Of a stretch of 64,000 bases of DNA, positions 1 through 7,918 are shown piece by piece. This stretch comes from a virus: IMG/VR virus record IMGVR_UViG_3300030339_000006; one strand, given 5' to 3'. The notes beneath the pieces were generated by a model. The model worked only from the letters and a program-made list of their open reading frames with translations. It was not told where the DNA came from and searched no databases. The translations under genes and the position numbers were made by a program. How positions within the stretch are numbered: the first letter of the stretch is position 1; the number at the start of each line of letters is the position of its first letter.

Positions 1-6
1 ATAAAG

Positions 7-807
7 ATGGTCGAGTTCTATGGCCGTTTGATACCGACCGTGAAGTACCCTGATTCCAACGACCTGGCCGTCGTGATCGATGACATCATCGTTCAGCTCG
101 GTCTGCAGGATTGGAAGGACGAGTTGATGCAACGTGCTCTGTATGACACGAAGTTTCTGGCTCAGTTAATCAACATCGAAGACGGTCCTGGCCAGCAGTT
201 GGTGGTCATTCCGTTGCACAAACTGAACGCGTACCTGTACTCTATCCGTATTCGCAAAGATGATGACCTGTGGTTCAAACAGGAAGTGATCGACGCGATG
301 ACCGGTGAAGTGAAAGAAGAGACCGTCAACCTGCGTGAAAACCTGATTCGCTATCAGGACGAATGCTCGATGGCATTGCACTCTTACTGGACCAACGGTA
401 TTGCGATTAACCCTAATGCCAACTCCCCCTTCGCGGCGCTCGGCTCGCTCTGGCGTACTGCCCGAATGAACCTGACCACTGTGATTGCTCGCTTCTCGGA
501 GTTCGCAGAAACGACCGGTGAGGACTTCCCCGAAAAGACTGTTCAGCGTGGCATCAACATCCTGCTGAAGGAATTTCTGCCGGCCCAGCTGGTGGATGAA
601 CCGGAACTGTCAAACAACGGGTATGACCTGTACCGTCTGGCTCTGGCTGAAGACTACATCGCCCGCTACCTGAATAACTGTATCGTAACCAAAGATTCAC
701 CGACGCATTGCTTCACCCAGTTGGATGCCGACATGGTCGTCGCGTTCCACTCGATTGCCTCGGGCTTGCTCGAAGCGGTAAACAACTGGAACATCCCCAC
801 TCGATAA
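7..807 (+). CDS. P22 antirepressor N-terminal (P22_AR_N)-like DNA-binding protein, possibly 5'-truncated
   Basis: VEFYG..., LGL.W, IPLHKLNAYLYSI, LIRYQDEC..ALHSYW.NGIAINP motif typical of P22_AR_N. Confidence 0.75.
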   Translation: MVEFYGRLIPTVKYPDSNDLAVVIDDIIVQLGLQDWKDELMQRALYDTKFLAQLINIEDGPGQQLVVIPLHKLNAYLYSIRIRKDDDLWFKQEVIDAMTGEVKEETVNLRENLIRYQDECSMALHSYWTNGIAINPNANSPFAALGSLWRTARMNLTTVIARFSEFAETTGEDFPEKTVQRGINILLKEFLPAQLVDEPELSNNGYDLYRLALAEDYIARYLNNCIVTKDSPTHCFTQLDADMVVAFHSIASGLLEAVNNWNIPTR

Positions 808-820
808 TCTGCGGATTACC

Positions 821-828
821 GGTATAAG
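821..828 (+). promoter_or_regulatory. GGTATAAG phage promoter motif
   Basis: One of ~14 intergenic copies located upstream of genes. Confidence 0.65.
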
Positions 829-872
829 AGACCTGAGGGACAGTTCCGTCCCTCTTATTCTTAGGAGTTATT

Positions 873-1646
873 ATGTCTACCCATTTCCTGTTAAAAGAGA
901 TCCACCGTGTAACCGTCCTCGGCACCGTAATTGAAATCCTCGGTGATGATAAAGGTCAACCAATGGTGCCGATTCGTTCACTCTGTGACGCGATCGGTAC
1001 GGTATACGGTGATGAATTCGCTCGTCTGCGTAGCGACCGCCGCCTGGGCGCCTATAGCATTCGTCTGCGTGCTGAAACGGATCCAGTGGACATCGTCTGC
1101 GTGCCGTTAACCAAACTGCATGCGTTCCTGTACACCATGAATCCGGACGCTCTGGACAGCGTGGCCCGTGCCAAACTGGAAATGTTCCAGGACGAGTGCG
1201 TTGACGTTCTGAACGATTACTGGAACAAAGGCATTGCGATTAACGATCGTGAAGAACGTGGTAGCACTGAAGGCAGCAAATTCCGTGATGCTCGTAAGCT
1301 GTCCCGCCCAGCGTTGGTCGAAGCGGTTAAGCGTCTGACGGCGTACGCAGCGACTACCGGTGTCGAACTGGATCCGGACGACGTGTATCACCACTTGATC
1401 ACTTTCTGCTGGGATCGTCTGGGCCGCAACCCGATGAAGTCCGAGTATGAAGAGATCGACACCAATACTCACGGTGCAGACTCCTACTTCCTGGCTCTGA
1501 TGGAACGTACGGCCGTCAAGTTGATCGATGTGGTTATCCAGGAAGGTTACCAGGTCAGTGATGTCATCAACTACCTCGGTGAAAACATCGACGTGGAACT
1601 GGCCAAACTGACTGAACGTGGATTCGAGCTGCTGGAAGCGAAGTAA
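873..1646 (+). CDS. P22_AR_N-like DNA-binding protein
   Basis: PMVPIRSLCDAIG, CVPLTKLHAFLYTMNP, FQDECVDVLNDYWNKGIAIN; AGGAG RBS. Confidence 0.8.
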   Translation: MSTHFLLKEIHRVTVLGTVIEILGDDKGQPMVPIRSLCDAIGTVYGDEFARLRSDRRLGAYSIRLRAETDPVDIVCVPLTKLHAFLYTMNPDALDSVARAKLEMFQDECVDVLNDYWNKGIAINDREERGSTEGSKFRDARKLSRPALVEAVKRLTAYAATTGVELDPDDVYHHLITFCWDRLGRNPMKSEYEEIDTNTHGADSYFLALMERTAVKLIDVVIQEGYQVSDVINYLGENIDVELAKLTERGFELLEAK

Positions 1647-1652
1647 CAAAAC

Positions 1653-1670
1653 GGGACCCTTCGGGGTCCC
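1653..1670 (+). terminator. hairpin GGGACCC-TTCG-GGGTCCC
   Basis: UUCG tetraloop stem just after stop. Confidence 0.55.
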
Positions 1671-1702
1671 TATCCTAACTGAATTTCTCTATTTGAGGTT
1701 GT

Positions 1703-2491
1703 ATGAAACTGATTGATTTTTATGGCGATACTCTTGAAGTCGTCGAAATGGAAGGTGGTCCCGGTGTTACTGCTCGTCGTCTGGTCGAGAACCTGGGGTT
1801 AGAATGGTCTGGTCAGTTAAAGAAACTGGAAGATCCTATCTACGCTTGTGTACATATGTACACAACTGGATCTGACGACAAGAAGTATGAAATGATGGTC
1901 ATGCCTGTGAAGTCTCTGCCGGCTTTCCTCTTCTCGATTAACCCGAAGAAAGTCCGTGAAGACCTGCGTGAGAAACTGGCCCACTATCGTCTGGAGTGTG
2001 TGGACGTGCTATACCAGTACTGGGCAAAAGGCTACGCGATTAACCCTCGGCCGACGGTAGAATCCTCCCTGGAAGACTATCTGAGCGGTACCGGTAAGGC
2101 CCACTACGCGTTCCTGGACAGCATGCTGGAGTCCGAGTGCAACGGTCCAGAGCATCGTTCCGCGATGGCGAAGGTCATTGAGCGTATTCTGAGTGAAGCA
2201 CTCGAAGTTGAAGAAGTTGATATCGAGCGTAACTTCGTGCACCGCAAGCAGGGTTGGGTCTGCATGAGTCCTGTGGAAATCACTGTGGTTCAAGCAGTCG
2301 AATCAGAGATTGGCCTGTACTTCGCCAAGAACGGCGTGCCGGCTAATGCAGAAGGTGTCATGGAAATGGGTCAGCAGGTTGGCCGTAAAGTGACAAGCCG
2401 TCTGCGTAAAGCGATGTTCATCTCTGAGACATTCTCTGAGAAGTTTGAGACGTCTTTGTTCGAGTTGCTGGGCATGAAAGAAACGGCTTGA
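1703..2491 (+). CDS. P22_AR_N-like DNA-binding protein
   Basis: IDFYGDTL, RLVENLGLEWSGQLKKL, DDKKYEM, FLFSINPKKV, YRLECVDVLYQYW. Confidence 0.85.
   Translation: MKLIDFYGDTLEVVEMEGGPGVTARRLVENLGLEWSGQLKKLEDPIYACVHMYTTGSDDKKYEMMVMPVKSLPAFLFSINPKKVREDLREKLAHYRLECVDVLYQYWAKGYAINPRPTVESSLEDYLSGTGKAHYAFLDSMLESECNGPEHRSAMAKVIERILSEALEVEEVDIERNFVHRKQGWVCMSPVEITVVQAVESEIGLYFAKNGVPANAEGVMEMGQQVGRKVTSRLRKAMFISETFSEKFETSLFELLGMKETA
1846..1865. repeat. perfect 20-bp palindrome TTGTGTACATATGTACACAA inside CDS
   Basis: Directly visible; encodes CVHMYT. Confidence 0.9.
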
Positions 2492-2493
2492 TG

Positions 2494-2582
2494 CGTTCTG
2501 GTACCAGAACACGTGGTTTGAAGTAAGCATTCGTACACATATGTGTACACGTGGTCAGTCGTTCTGGTATCGGAACGACTGA
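2494..2582. repeat. array of three CGT-[12-bp palindrome]-AC(A/G) units
   Basis: Units at 2494, 2532, 2560; first two followed by CGTGGT. Confidence 0.8.
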
Positions 2583-2587
2583 AAACA

Positions 2588-2613
2588 AAGAGGGCTCCCG
2601 AAGGAGCCCTCTT
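2588..2613. terminator. bidirectional terminator hairpin between convergent genes
   Basis: AAGAGGGCTC...GAGCCCTCTT. Confidence 0.65.
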
Positions 2614-2626
2614 AAAGCCGAATCAA

Positions 2627-2902
2627 TTACGCGTTTACAGCGTCTTTGAAGCTACGGCCAGAGCGGAAGTGTGGAGCTTTGCGAGCTTCGATGGTCAGAG
2701 CTTCGCCGGTCTGTGGGTTACGACCATTACGCTCAGCACGATCGCGGCTTGAGAAAGTACCGAAGCCAGTAATACCAACAGTTTCGCCTGCAGAGACTTT
2801 TTCAACTACCAGATCCAGTGCAGCATTCAGTACTGCAGCAACGCGAGTTTTTGGTACTTCCAGAGTTTCAGCTACTTGTGCGATCAATTCAGATTTGTTC
2901 AT
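2627..2902 (-). CDS. hup: HU-family histone-like DNA-binding protein
   Basis: MNKSELIAQVA...GFGTF...RAERNGRNPQTGE...P.F..G..FKDAVN; GAGG RBS before ATG 2902. Confidence 0.95.
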   Translation of the reverse strand: MNKSELIAQVAETLEVPKTRVAAVLNAALDLVVEKVSAGETVGITGFGTFSSRDRAERNGRNPQTGEALTIEARKAPHFRSGRSFKDAVNA

Positions 2903-2967
2903 GGGTGGTTCCTCTTTGTTTGGGTTGAACAGATAGTATATCAAGATAAAGCCAGGCGCAAGCCTTT

Positions 2968-3657
2968 TTGGAGAATTTTATGGAAATTACTAAAATTTAT
3001 GCTGCAGTGAAAGATCTTGGGGTGGAACCGATCGTTGTTATCCCCTTGGGCGAATGCTACGGAGAGTCCTTCGGGTTCGGCCGAGTGAAGTACTCCGTCG
3101 TCTACCTGGAGTCACCAATGAAGGTGCTCTACGGTGGCGGACTGCCGAAGGCCCACTTCACGGTGGACGGGGTGGACATCAAGTTGATTCGCTACGCCGC
3201 TTTCATTCAGCATTGCCTCAGTGGCACTCAGGGTTACGCCCAGCAGTTGTTTATGAAGACCGATCACTTCAACGAGTACTGGGAGAACATCCAGGATCAC
3301 CGCGATACCTTTATGAGCTCCCGCCAGACGATCCAGGAGTCGATCAACCACATCGACCACGGCCTCATGAGCCAGACCCTCCTGCTCTCCCGCCACATCC
3401 TCCGCAAGACTGAAGCCCTCCTGCAGTTCTGGGAGACGGGCGACATCGACTTCCTCTCCCTGAAAGACTGTTTAGTCCCACCCGAAGAGATCGACGGCAT
3501 GCTGAATCTGCACCGCGGTAAGCTTCGAGAGCTGCTGCACCTGTCCGAAGAGCTCGACGTGACACGTTTCGGAACTTTGGTACTTGGGCCGTATCGCGAT
3601 ATGTTCCAAGATAAGTGCAGGCAAACCAGTGACTTACGCGATTTTGTGACATTGTGA
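2968..3657 (+). CDS. degenerate nucleotidyltransferase-like protein
   Basis: YG.S.G...Y..VY...P..VL and D...Y..FI...L.G.....Q.LF spacing resembles phage/YcgL NTases; catalytic DxD absent. Confidence 0.35.
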   Translation: MENFMEITKIYAAVKDLGVEPIVVIPLGECYGESFGFGRVKYSVVYLESPMKVLYGGGLPKAHFTVDGVDIKLIRYAAFIQHCLSGTQGYAQQLFMKTDHFNEYWENIQDHRDTFMSSRQTIQESINHIDHGLMSQTLLLSRHILRKTEALLQFWETGDIDFLSLKDCLVPPEEIDGMLNLHRGKLRELLHLSEELDVTRFGTLVLGPYRDMFQDKCRQTSDLRDFVTL

Positions 3658-3812
3658 CATCGGAACATGGAAAAGTCACCCCTTTTAAGAACATCTTACC
3701 CCTATACATACATTACTATGGATTCAAAATAAGGTATATATAGGATACTACCTACTCGATAGGGATAAAGGGGGTGTGTGTTTAGAGACGTAGTTCCTGT
3801 CACAATGTCACA
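3645..3812. repeat. 168-bp non-coding element with inverted TGTGACATTGTGACA ends (copy 1); origin-like
   Basis: Highly similar to 43115-43282, same length, AT-rich core. Confidence 0.85.
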
Positions 3813-3993
3813 AGCTTGACAGATCAGCCATTTGGGCGTAACCTGTGTGACAGGACGCTCTCATGGCAAGTTGACTGTCTTTCTCATTCTCAATGTAAAA
3901 TAGAATAGTCAATCATGAGTGTTGTTCTCCTTGTTAAAAACCCGAGAGGGTTCTACCGGCCTTCGGGCCGGTCAGTTTTTACTGGAGACTCTC

Positions 3994-4350
3994 ATGCTAC
4001 TGATCCTGCTGCTCATCAAACACTTTCTTTTAGATTTCCCTTTCCAAACCCCTTACATGCTCCGTAAGTCACAGCCGACTGGATGGTTCTTCCCGCTCTT
4101 CCTCCATGCTGCCGCTCACGGTGCCGCCACCTTTATACTCCTGCTGTTCTTCGCACCGACCCTGGCCATTCCTCTGGCTCTGGCGGAAGGCGTCGTACAC
4201 TTCGGGATCGACTACTGGAAAGCCCAGAAAGCGAAGGCCGAGTTTGCCTCTGCGAAGTTCTGGACGTACCTGGGTCTGGACCAATTGTTCCACAATCTGA
4301 CCTACGTCGCGATTATTTTCATCGTTTCCCTTTACATGACGGGACTTTAA
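3994..4350 (+). CDS. DUF3307-like membrane protein
   Basis: KHFLLDFPFQT, HAAAHG, HFGIDYWK, GLDQLFH. Confidence 0.85.
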   Translation: MLLILLLIKHFLLDFPFQTPYMLRKSQPTGWFFPLFLHAAAHGAATFILLLFFAPTLAIPLALAEGVVHFGIDYWKAQKAKAEFASAKFWTYLGLDQLFHNLTYVAIIFIVSLYMTGL

Positions 4351-4384
4351 GCATATGCTACTCCTAACTAAACAGGAGAAGTCT

Positions 4385-5029
4385 ATGTCAACCTTTAAAT
4401 TACCTAACCGTCGTGCCGACTACGTGGATCTACGCACCCTCTTCGAAGAGTATGATCTGCCAGGACGCTTTCGAGATTGGATTCGCCGCCAGGTAAAACC
4501 CCTGCTGGGCACTGCAATCGTAGAGTACACCAAATCGGGTGCTCCGAGAGGCCAACAGGATTACGCTCTGGCTGAACAGAATGCTGCGGCATTGATCGCC
4601 ACTCTGCCGGCCGACAAGCGGGCTCTGAAGACCGAGCCTGCGGCTGCCGCTCCAGCGAACCCGTTCCCGAACCACTTCCGCTTCCGTATCCCGGTCCACG
4701 CGATTTCCCATAACGCGATGTACGTGCCGACGAGCTTCGGTGCTCGCAAGCAGCTGCGTCGTTCTCCGGAATACAACGAGTGGGCTGAAGTAGTATCGAG
4801 CCTGGTCCCCGCTAAGCCTCGCTGGCTGAAGAAAGGCAAAGCGTGCCACGTGGCGATTAAGTTCGGTCACACCGCACCGTTTGACACCGAGAACCTGATG
4901 AAGGGCACGATCGACACGGTCTTCACGACCTGGCGTCTGAACGACAACAACATCCGTTCCGGTTCGTTCTCCTCCGAGATCGTTCGCAGCAAAGATGATG
5001 GCTACATTGTCATTGATGTGTACCAATAA
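4385..5029 (+). CDS. AntA/AntB-type N-terminal domain fused to RusA-like Holliday junction resolvase
   Basis: VDLRTL...FRDWI...DYAL (AntA); SHNAMY, DTENLMKGTIDT, NDNNI (RusA fold). Confidence 0.65.
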   Translation: MSTFKLPNRRADYVDLRTLFEEYDLPGRFRDWIRRQVKPLLGTAIVEYTKSGAPRGQQDYALAEQNAAALIATLPADKRALKTEPAAAAPANPFPNHFRFRIPVHAISHNAMYVPTSFGARKQLRRSPEYNEWAEVVSSLVPAKPRWLKKGKACHVAIKFGHTAPFDTENLMKGTIDTVFTTWRLNDNNIRSGSFSSEIVRSKDDGYIVIDVYQ

Positions 5030-5030
5030 C

Positions 5031-5038
5031 GGTATAAG
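5031..5038 (+). promoter_or_regulatory. GGTATAAG phage promoter motif
   Basis: GGTATAAGCAATGTGTAAAC. Confidence 0.65.
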
Positions 5039-5097
5039 CAATGTGTAAACAAAAGGCTCACTTCGGTGGGCCTTTATCATTTCTTAAGGAGAACAAA

Positions 5098-5547
5098 ATG
5101 AAATTGGCACAAGAACTGAACTTAATGGCGAACGAGACCGACCGCGTTGTTCGTAAGATCTGCACGACCCTCACCACTCGTATGTACAATAATGCACATA
5201 ATGGTGGACAAGAAACACTGTACGCCTTCGCGGCCAAGACTAAAAAGGACATTAAGGACGGTGTCAAATCCTGGCTTACCGAACAAGGGTTCTCTGTCGT
5301 GATTGATGAAGATGGGGATCTGACCATCTCTTGGGATGTCCTGCGTATCCTGCTACCCGTAACCCTACTGGATCGCGTTCGTGAGCGTATCTTGGCAGCG
5401 TCGCGTTATGAGAAGAAATCGGTAACCATGAGCTTCAGCGTAGTGGAGTTCGAGGAACTTGAAGCGGCGAAGGAAGGGCTCCTCTATGATGGCTACACCG
5501 TGGATGTAGACGATGTCTTCCAGGAGATTTCCGTGTCATGGGAATAA
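5098..5547 (+). CDS. hypothetical protein, two copies of 'GF.V...ISW' domain
   Basis: WLTEQGFSV...LTISW and LLYDGYTV...ISVSW; AGGAG RBS. Confidence 0.7.
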   Translation: MKLAQELNLMANETDRVVRKICTTLTTRMYNNAHNGGQETLYAFAAKTKKDIKDGVKSWLTEQGFSVVIDEDGDLTISWDVLRILLPVTLLDRVRERILAASRYEKKSVTMSFSVVEFEELEAAKEGLLYDGYTVDVDDVFQEISVSWE

Positions 5548-5561
5548 CAGCAGAAGATCAC

Positions 5562-5792
5562 ATGATGTTCCAGTTGGCCAGCTTCGGGTTGGCCTATTGT
5601 GAACCGAAACCTCAGAAGTACCTGCCAATCAGCGATTGGCCGTACATGAAGGAGGGGCTTCGGGAGCTGACCACCCGATACTTGGAGTCCAAGGGTTTCC
5701 AAGTAATTCCCGAAGGTTCTTCAGCGAAGGTGTTCAATCCGGAGAAAACCCGGTGGATGAAGATTAAGGAGTGGTATGAAGCTTGCCGATAA
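5562..5792 (+). CDS. hypothetical protein (GF.V family, divergent)
   Basis: YLESKGFQV; coupled operon. Confidence 0.55.
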   Translation: MMFQLASFGLAYCEPKPQKYLPISDWPYMKEGLRELTTRYLESKGFQVIPEGSSAKVFNPEKTRWMKIKEWYEACR

Positions 5793-6024
5793 AGTCCGTG
5801 CGATAGCCAACTCGACTTGTCACCTGCCGATGTATAAAGCCTGGGGTAAGATTTGCCGCAGCATAGAAGATCGGGCCCACGACGGCCATTATGACCACCA
5901 GTATCTTATTGAGAGCACGAGTCCTTACTTTGATGCCCTCAATAAGCGCCTGGTGGATCAAGGCTTCGACGTGCGTTATGAAGGTAAAACCTTACACATT
6001 TCCTGGAGGAAGAATGAAGAATGA
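5776..6024 (+). CDS. hypothetical protein ('GF.V...ISW' family)
   Basis: LVDQGFDV...LHISW; AGGAG RBS. Confidence 0.7.
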   Translation: MKLADKVRAIANSTCHLPMYKAWGKICRSIEDRAHDGHYDHQYLIESTSPYFDALNKRLVDQGFDVRYEGKTLHISWRKNEE

Positions 6025-6310
6025 TCTGGAACAAGCCGTGCATGATGGATTCGCTATTCTTACGGCCGCTATTGCTAAAGAGCGTAGCCAAGCAGTTGTT
6101 CAACGAGAGACTGACCAGCTCATGGTCAAGGTCATGACAGAGATCGACAAGGCCACCACTAAGGGCGCCTTCCGGATTGCCATGGAGATGGCTGCTGTTC
6201 CTGCGAATGTCTGTCGGCAGGCCGTTAAGGTACTGAAGGAAAAGGGTTTTGTTACTGACGTCAACGGGGCGGTACTCCGGGTCTCTTGGGGTGGAATGGA
6301 TGATGCATAA
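6014..6310 (+). CDS. hypothetical protein ('GF.V...ISW' family)
   Basis: LKEKGFVT...LRVSW; GGAGG RBS. Confidence 0.7.
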   Translation: MKNDLEQAVHDGFAILTAAIAKERSQAVVQRETDQLMVKVMTEIDKATTKGAFRIAMEMAAVPANVCRQAVKVLKEKGFVTDVNGAVLRVSWGGMDDA

Positions 6311-6689
6311 GGATCTGCATCAGTACGAAAGCCCAGAGGCCTTCTTGGTGGAGTTCATTCCATACTTGGAGGCAACGCGGGAAGAAGACTGGGTGCAGGA
6401 TGTCGTGCGGCGAGGTGGGCAGAACTGTTTGATGGGGCATTTCATCAACTTCTGTGAACACGACCTGGATGATAACGTTGCACCCTCTTGGGATTGGTTC
6501 GAGCAGATGGTCGCTACACCCTACATGGTGTACCCGGTCAATGACGGTACTGACCCCGATTATCCTCAGGGCTCCGCCCGTGAACGTTGTATTGCGTTCA
6601 TGAAGGATATCCTCTCTGGTACCAAACCAAATACCCTCCGGGCAATGCAAGAAGATTACGAGGAGTGGAAATGCAGAAATCACATGTAG
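6300..6689 (+). CDS. hypothetical protein
   Basis: Overlapping operon ORF, ends in TAG. Confidence 0.65.
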   Translation: MMHKDLHQYESPEAFLVEFIPYLEATREEDWVQDVVRRGGQNCLMGHFINFCEHDLDDNVAPSWDWFEQMVATPYMVYPVNDGTDPDYPQGSARERCIAFMKDILSGTKPNTLRAMQEDYEEWKCRNHM

Positions 6690-6937
6690 CCCTGTGCGTT
6701 AATATGGCCGTGGGCTGCCGGCCTACCGAACCGAAAGCCGAGTGGCCGCTGACCATCGGTAACCTCGACCCGTGGCTCTCAGACTACTTCATCCAGGGTA
6801 AGGACATCGGGAAGACACGGCCCTCACTGAGCGACTTAGAGTTCCGCGTGCTGCTCAACGAATCTCAGAGTCTACGCGAGAACGAAGGGCTTCGTCAGGC
6901 AATGAAAGCTCGCTTACTGTCTTATAACTATAAATAG
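6671..6937 (+). CDS. hypothetical protein
   Basis: AGGAG RBS, coupled. Confidence 0.6.
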   Translation: MQKSHVALCVNMAVGCRPTEPKAEWPLTIGNLDPWLSDYFIQGKDIGKTRPSLSDLEFRVLLNESQSLRENEGLRQAMKARLLSYNYK

Positions 6938-6940
6938 TAC

Positions 6941-6970
6941 TTGACGAGCCCTTCGGGGCTCTGATAGTAT
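6941..6970 (+). promoter_or_regulatory. sigma70-like promoter with hairpin in spacer
   Basis: TTGACG-18-TAGTAT; GAGCCC-TTCG-GGGCTC in spacer. Confidence 0.5.
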
Positions 6971-7000
6971 CACTCTTACCTTTTTAGCTGGAGAAACACT

Positions 7001-7285
7001 ATGTTGATTACCAACCAGTATAACGCCCGAGCAAAGAAGAATTTGACCCGCAGTCAGATTGAGACGCTCCTGGGACTGTCTAAGTACACCCGAGATCGTG
7101 CCCTGAGAGCCTTTGAAGCTCTGACGGATATCTCTCTGAGTACTGCGGATTACGACCTCCTGTTGCTCGTGAAGAGTATCGTGACGGAAGTCAAGAAAGA
7201 TCCTGATCCCTTTAAGATGTTCGGGAAAGATGGCAGCCGCGGTCCGTGGGTCGTAACAGATATCCCACTGCAGGCAACGTTTTAA
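7001..7285 (+). CDS. hypothetical protein (possible HTH)
   Basis: GGAG RBS; LTRSQIETLLGLSKYT. Confidence 0.6.
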   Translation: MLITNQYNARAKKNLTRSQIETLLGLSKYTRDRALRAFEALTDISLSTADYDLLLLVKSIVTEVKKDPDPFKMFGKDGSRGPWVVTDIPLQATF

Positions 7286-7286
7286 T

Positions 7287-7363
7287 CTCGGTTTAGCTCA
7301 GTCTGGTAGAGCACTTGCTTTGGGAGCATGGGGTCGAAGGTTCGAGTCCTTCAGTCGAGACCA
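7287..7363 (+). tRNA. tRNA-Pro(UGG)
   Basis: Cloverleaf, loop TT-TGG-GA, TTCGAGT T-loop, CCA. Confidence 0.9.
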
Positions 7364-7368
7364 AATTT

Positions 7369-7457
<89 letters not shown>

Positions 7458-7532
7458 GGGGATGTAGTTTAATTGGTAGAACGTCTGCCTTGCACGCAGA
7501 AAACGAGGGTTCAAATCCCTACTTCTCCACCA
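7458..7532 (+). tRNA. tRNA-Ala(UGC)
   Basis: G3-U70, CT-TGC-AC loop, CCA. Confidence 0.9.
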
Positions 7533-7572
7533 CTTCGATAGAGTCCTGGCTCTCTAAAACCGGGAGAATTTT

Positions 7573-7649
7573 GGGGCTATAGTTTCAAACGGATAAAATA
7601 CCCGCCTGTCACGCGGGAGATCCGGGTTCGATCCCCGGTAGCCTCGCCA
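7573..7649 (+). tRNA. tRNA-Asp(GUC)
   Basis: CT-GTC-AC loop, GCCA end. Confidence 0.9.
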
Positions 7650-7655
7650 TACAAT

Positions 7656-7743
7656 GGACCGATAGTTTAACGAGCCAGAGCTCGAAGGGAAACGCCCAGG
7701 CGCCAAATCTGGGAGGTGAGGTGAAAGTCCTCAGAGTCCGCCA
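7656..7743 (+). ncRNA. atypical tRNA-like RNA with hairpin inserted in D-loop
   Basis: GTTT/AAAC D stem enclosing CGAGC-CAGA-GCTCG, CCCAG/CTGGG arm, TGAGG/CCTCA T arm, GCCA end. Confidence 0.6.
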
Positions 7744-7746
7744 AAC

Positions 7747-7827
7747 ATACCTATCGTCTAACTAGGACGCTGCTGTAGCCGCATGTGCTTCAGGGAAATG
7801 CAGGTTAGACTCCTGCTGGGTATACCA
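7747..7827 (+). ncRNA. tRNA-like RNA with non-canonical anticodon arm
   Basis: ATACCTA/TGGGTAT acceptor, GCAGG-TTAGACT-CCTGC T arm, ACCA. Confidence 0.65.
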
Positions 7828-7829
7828 CT

Positions 7830-7918
7830 GGAAGATTGGCTGAGCCGGTCGAAAGCAGCAGATTGCTAATCTGTAGATCCCCTGGGGTCCGTGGGTTCGA
7901 ATCCCACATCTTCCTCCA
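7830..7918 (+). tRNA. tRNA-Ser(GCU)
   Basis: TT-GCT-AA loop, long variable arm, CCA. Confidence 0.9.

Noticed and set aside
2494-2582. CRISPR array
   Set aside because: Only three units with very short constant flanks, palindromic variable cores and no cas genes
3645-3812. MITE or Tn7-like element (TGT...ACA ends)
   Set aside because: No target-site duplication at either copy, similarity continues outside the IRs, and no transposase is present
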